A DNA stretch of 18,775 nucleotides, from positions 1-18,775 of the forward strand of contig JAWCFL010000030.1 in assembly GCA_038858525.1 (NCBI GenBank), written 5' to 3'. The notes beneath the pieces were generated by a model. That model had not been told where the DNA came from. It worked only from the letters and a program-made list of their open reading frames with translations, and made no database searches. Origin of the DNA: Candidatus Jordarchaeales archaeon. Lineage in GTDB: Archaea > Asgardarchaeota > Jordiarchaeia > Jordiarchaeales > Freyrarchaeaceae. Positions 16,278 to 18,775 of the stretch are shown here, piece by piece. The number at the start of each line of letters is the position of its first letter. The first letter of the stretch is position 1. Both the position numbers and the translations under genes were made by a program.

Positions 16278-17075
16278 ATGGAGCTTAGAGAGGTGCCAAA
16301 GGAAGTCGACGAAGTTACTATTACCCGGGCGATTGTAAGATCTGCCGCCGAGGACTGGATCAGGATTGCCGACTCGGATGTGGTTGTTGTTGGTGCCGGC
16401 CCATCAGGACTAACAGCTGCTAGGTATGTTGCGGAGGCGGGCTTCAGAACTGTAGTGTTCGAGAGGAGGCTCTCGTACGGTGGAGGTATAGGCGGGGGCG
16501 GTATGCTTTGGCACAAGGTGGTTGTCTCCCAGCCAGCTGACGAAATACTCAGAGAGGTTGGTTGCAGGCTTGAGAAGTCAGAGGACGGCGTCTATGTTGT
16601 GGACGCGGCGGAGATGCTGGCGCGCCTAGCAACTGCAGCGATAGATGCCGGAGTCAAAGTAATTTTCGGCGTCACAGTCGAGGATCTGATGTACGCGCTG
16701 AACCCACTTAGGATAACGGGAGTCGTTGTTCAGTGGAGCGCGGTAAACCTTGCAGGACTTCACGTTGACCCTGTGGCCGTGAGGGCGAAGGCGGTAATAG
16801 ACTGCACGGGGCATGACGCTGAAGTTCTGAGAGTTGCTTCAAAGAAGATCCCTGAGCTTAATCTAGAGGTTGTTGGCGAAAGGTCGATGAATGCGCCCTC
16901 AGGGGAAAGGTTTGTCGTCGAGAAGACGGGCGAGGTTTGCCCCGGACTCTATGTTTCAGGAATGGCCGTATGCGCCCTGCACGGTGGCCCAAGAATGGGG
17001 CCAATTTTTGGAGGAATGCTGCTGTCAGGCAAAAAAGTGGCAGGCGAGGTTGTTAGGCGCTTAAGCAAGTATTAA
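16278..17075 (+). CDS. thi4: Thi4 thiazole synthase, His-type (sulfide-dependent)
   Basis: VGAGPSGL, ER..SYGGG..GGGM, LHVDP, DCTGHD, PGLYVSGM, GGPRMGPIFGGMLLSG. ATG at 16278 follows GGAGGT (track start 16263). Confidence 0.95.
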   Translation: MELREVPKEVDEVTITRAIVRSAAEDWIRIADSDVVVVGAGPSGLTAARYVAEAGFRTVVFERRLSYGGGIGGGGMLWHKVVVSQPADEILREVGCRLEKSEDGVYVVDAAEMLARLATAAIDAGVKVIFGVTVEDLMYALNPLRITGVVVQWSAVNLAGLHVDPVAVRAKAVIDCTGHDAEVLRVASKKIPELNLEVVGERSMNAPSGERFVVEKTGEVCPGLYVSGMAVCALHGGPRMGPIFGGMLLSGKKVAGEVVRRLSKY

Positions 17076-17097
17076 CTCTTAAGCAAAGTATTAACTC
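17060..17097 (+). repeat. Near-perfect 18/19-bp tandem duplication spanning the thi4 stop codon
   Basis: CTTAAGCAAGTATTAACT (17060-17077) followed directly by CTTAAGCAAAGTATTAACT (17078-17096). Confidence 0.9.
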
Positions 17098-17098
17098 A

Positions 17099-17875
17099 TT
17101 AAGACGAAGAGCTGGTTTGACCATTCTTCCTCCACATCTTTGTAACCCTAGCTCTTACTCCGCTTCTCTCCTCGAAGACTGCCTCTACTTCAACCAGCTC
17201 AGGTTCGACAGCTTTCACCACATCACTCAATATTGTGGCTACAACCTCCTCGTGATGCATGAACTTACCCTTAAAGGTTTCAAAGTAGTCTTTGAGGGAC
17301 TCGTACTCTATAAGCCTCCCTCTAGGAACATATCTCACTTTTATCGTCGCCCTGTCCAGCGTCCCCGTGACAGGGCATAGGCACGTGAAGCCGCTGTAAG
17401 TGAAAGTGGCTTCATGCTCTCCCTGTAAGTTGGGTAGCGTCCTCAACCCAGCACGCTCTTTTCCGAGACCTTCGAGAATCATAAGGAGTTCATTTACAGT
17501 TTTCGCAACGTGACTTGATACATATAGAGGCCACGGCGACCTGACTTCCCCTGGGCAATACGCCACAACGGGCTTCCCCCTGAGAGCTGAGAGGAGAGCT
17601 TCAACGGTAGCTCCAAAGCTCGGCCTAGTGGCGATGAGGACTACCACGTCCGCCTCCCTGCACTTCTCAAGATCCCTCAGGACAATATTTCTGCATAGCT
17701 CCGGGGCATCTCTGAAGTCACTTATACCACTATAGTCGGCGTCCTCGAACTGATCCACGACGACGTATCCAGCCAACCTAAGACGAGCTTGGAGACGCGT
17801 AATCTCCTCTTTTCCACCGTAACCCACCGAGCCACAGACGATAACTCTCAACCCGCCACTCAACACGTCCACCAC
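17099..17875 (-). CDS. Fusion: nucleoside 2-deoxyribosyltransferase/DNPH1-like N-glycosidase domain + QueF/QueF-like T-fold domain
   Basis: N-part: VCGS..GG, RDLE..READVVV...T.PSFG..VE, KPV, SPW. C-part: L.T.PN, FTCLCPVTGTLD, YVPRG, EYESLKDY, HHEE, EV...F..R.G. True start may be the TTG at 17851. Confidence 0.85.
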   Translation of the reverse strand: MVDVLSGGLRVIVCGSVGYGGKEEITRLQARLRLAGYVVVDQFEDADYSGISDFRDAPELCRNIVLRDLEKCREADVVVLIATRPSFGATVEALLSALRGKPVVAYCPGEVRSPWPLYVSSHVAKTVNELLMILEGLGKERAGLRTLPNLQGEHEATFTYSGFTCLCPVTGTLDRATIKVRYVPRGRLIEYESLKDYFETFKGKFMHHEEVVATILSDVVKAVEPELVEVEAVFEERSGVRARVTKMWRKNGQTSSSS

Positions 17876-18081
17876 ACAGAAAAATAAAAAGGAAACAAAT
17901 TAACCTTGCTGAAGACGACACGAACCTTTAAGATTTAACCAGCAACATCCAAATGCTTAGCTTTTCCTCGCAATCACCAAGTTAAATCACTTTTGCCGCT
18001 ATTCGTGAACAGCTATGAAAGGGCAGATTTAATAGGATCAACCCACTGATGAGTTCTAAGGAAAGCTTTGGGGTGTTTGCT

Positions 18082-18775
18082 TTGGAAATTTGGCGTTACA
18101 TAGACTTCGATTTAGTTGACCCGCCGACTAGCGGAGCATTGGCGGAGGCTATGCTTATTGCGCGCGCTGAAGGAAAATGCCCTGACACGTTCTTCATCTA
18201 TAGGAGGAAGCCGCCCGCGGTATCCATAGGATACTTCCAAGCGGTAAAAAACACGGTTGACCTTGCAGCGTGCCGCGAGCTGGGAGTAGAAGTGAGCAGA
18301 AGGATAACTGGTGGAGGAGCAATATACTCCGACGAAAACGGGATAATATATTCAATAGTGGTGAGTGAGGGCAACCCGAAGATTCCAAGAAACATAGCTG
18401 AGTCTTACAGTGTCCTTTGCAGAGGGCTAATCGATGCCCTGAAGATTCTCGGCTTGGACGCGGTCTTCCAGCCGATCAACGATATACTTGTAGGCGGAAA
18501 GAAGGTGAGCGGCAGCTCGCAGACAAGGCGGCGAGGCGTAGTCCTCCACCATGGAACCCTTCTCGTCAGGGCGGACATAGAGACAATGAAAAGAGTCCTC
18601 AAGATCCCTGAGGAAAAAATGAGTGACAAGGCTGCTAAAAGCTTAGAGGAAAGGGTCACAAGCTTAGAGAAGCTTCTCGGAAGAGAGGTAAGCATGGATG
18701 AAGTCAAGGAAGCAGTGAGGAAGGGCTTTGAGAAAGCCCTGGAAGTGAAGTTCGAGGACGGCGAGCTAACCGAGT
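18082..18775 (+). CDS. lplA: Lipoate-protein ligase A family, catalytic domain (partial, runs off the right edge)
   Basis: Manual translation: WRYID, PAVSIGYFQ, RRITGGGAIYSD, NDILVGGKKVSG, HHGTLL, ERVTSL. TTG at 18082 follows GGGGTG (alternative ATG at 18049). Absent from the track because it has no stop in the window. Confidence 0.92.
   Translation, partial: MEIWRYIDFDLVDPPTSGALAEAMLIARAEGKCPDTFFIYRRKPPAVSIGYFQAVKNTVDLAACRELGVEVSRRITGGGAIYSDENGIIYSIVVSEGNPKIPRNIAESYSVLCRGLIDALKILGLDAVFQPINDILVGGKKVSGSSQTRRRGVVLHHGTLLVRADIETMKRVLKIPEEKMSDKAAKSLEERVTSLEKLLGREVSMDEVKEAVRKGFEKALEVKFEDGELTE

Noticed and set aside
1261-18707. Numerous 60-190 aa shadow ORFs antisense or out of frame to the main genes (e.g. 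1261-1698, 1913-2479, 3056-3586, 3547-3981, 7930-8409, 13319-13681, 18405-18707)
   Set aside because: Ser/Pro/Thr-rich antisense translations fully overlapping well-supported genes.
1-18775. CRISPR arrays, tRNA/rRNA genes, transposases, integrases, selenocysteine read-through
   Set aside because: By-eye scan found no regularly spaced repeats, T-loop GTTCRA cloverleafs, transposase motifs or interrupted conserved ORFs; tRNAscan-SE and Infernal would be decisive.

Overview
Archaeal chromosomal window. The evidence is GGAGGTG Shine-Dalgarno motifs, frequent TTG/GTG starts and archaea-typical families (DUF166, COG3357, His-type Thi4, MoaD/SAMP, SfsA); the lineage cannot be fixed from this sequence alone. 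Left to right: the C-terminal remnant of a GHMP kinase, a T4 endonuclease V-like pyrimidine-dimer glycosylase, an acyl-CoA oxidation cluster (crotonase, 3-hydroxyacyl-CoA dehydrogenase, isovaleryl-CoA-dehydrogenase-type ACAD, second crotonase), a VapBC toxin-antitoxin pair, an NPP/alkaline-phosphatase + HD fusion, a beta-helix protein, an HTH/Zn-ribbon regulator, a metallophosphoesterase, a divergent HDAC-family hydrolase, a membrane protein preceded by an unannotated 39-aa Cys-rich ORF, DUF166, MoaD/SAMP, an Lrp regulator with a Cys-rich tail, SfsA, Thi4, an N-glycosidase (NDT/DNPH1)-QueF-like fusion, and a lipoate-protein ligase that runs off the window. The most notable element is the DNPH1-like + QueF/QueF-L fusion (17099-17875), whose residue changes suggest an undescribed 7-deazaguanine (preQ0/archaeosine) nucleotide salvage or modification enzyme. 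I saw no tRNA, rRNA, CRISPR array or transposase. All family assignments come from motif recognition by eye, not database searches.
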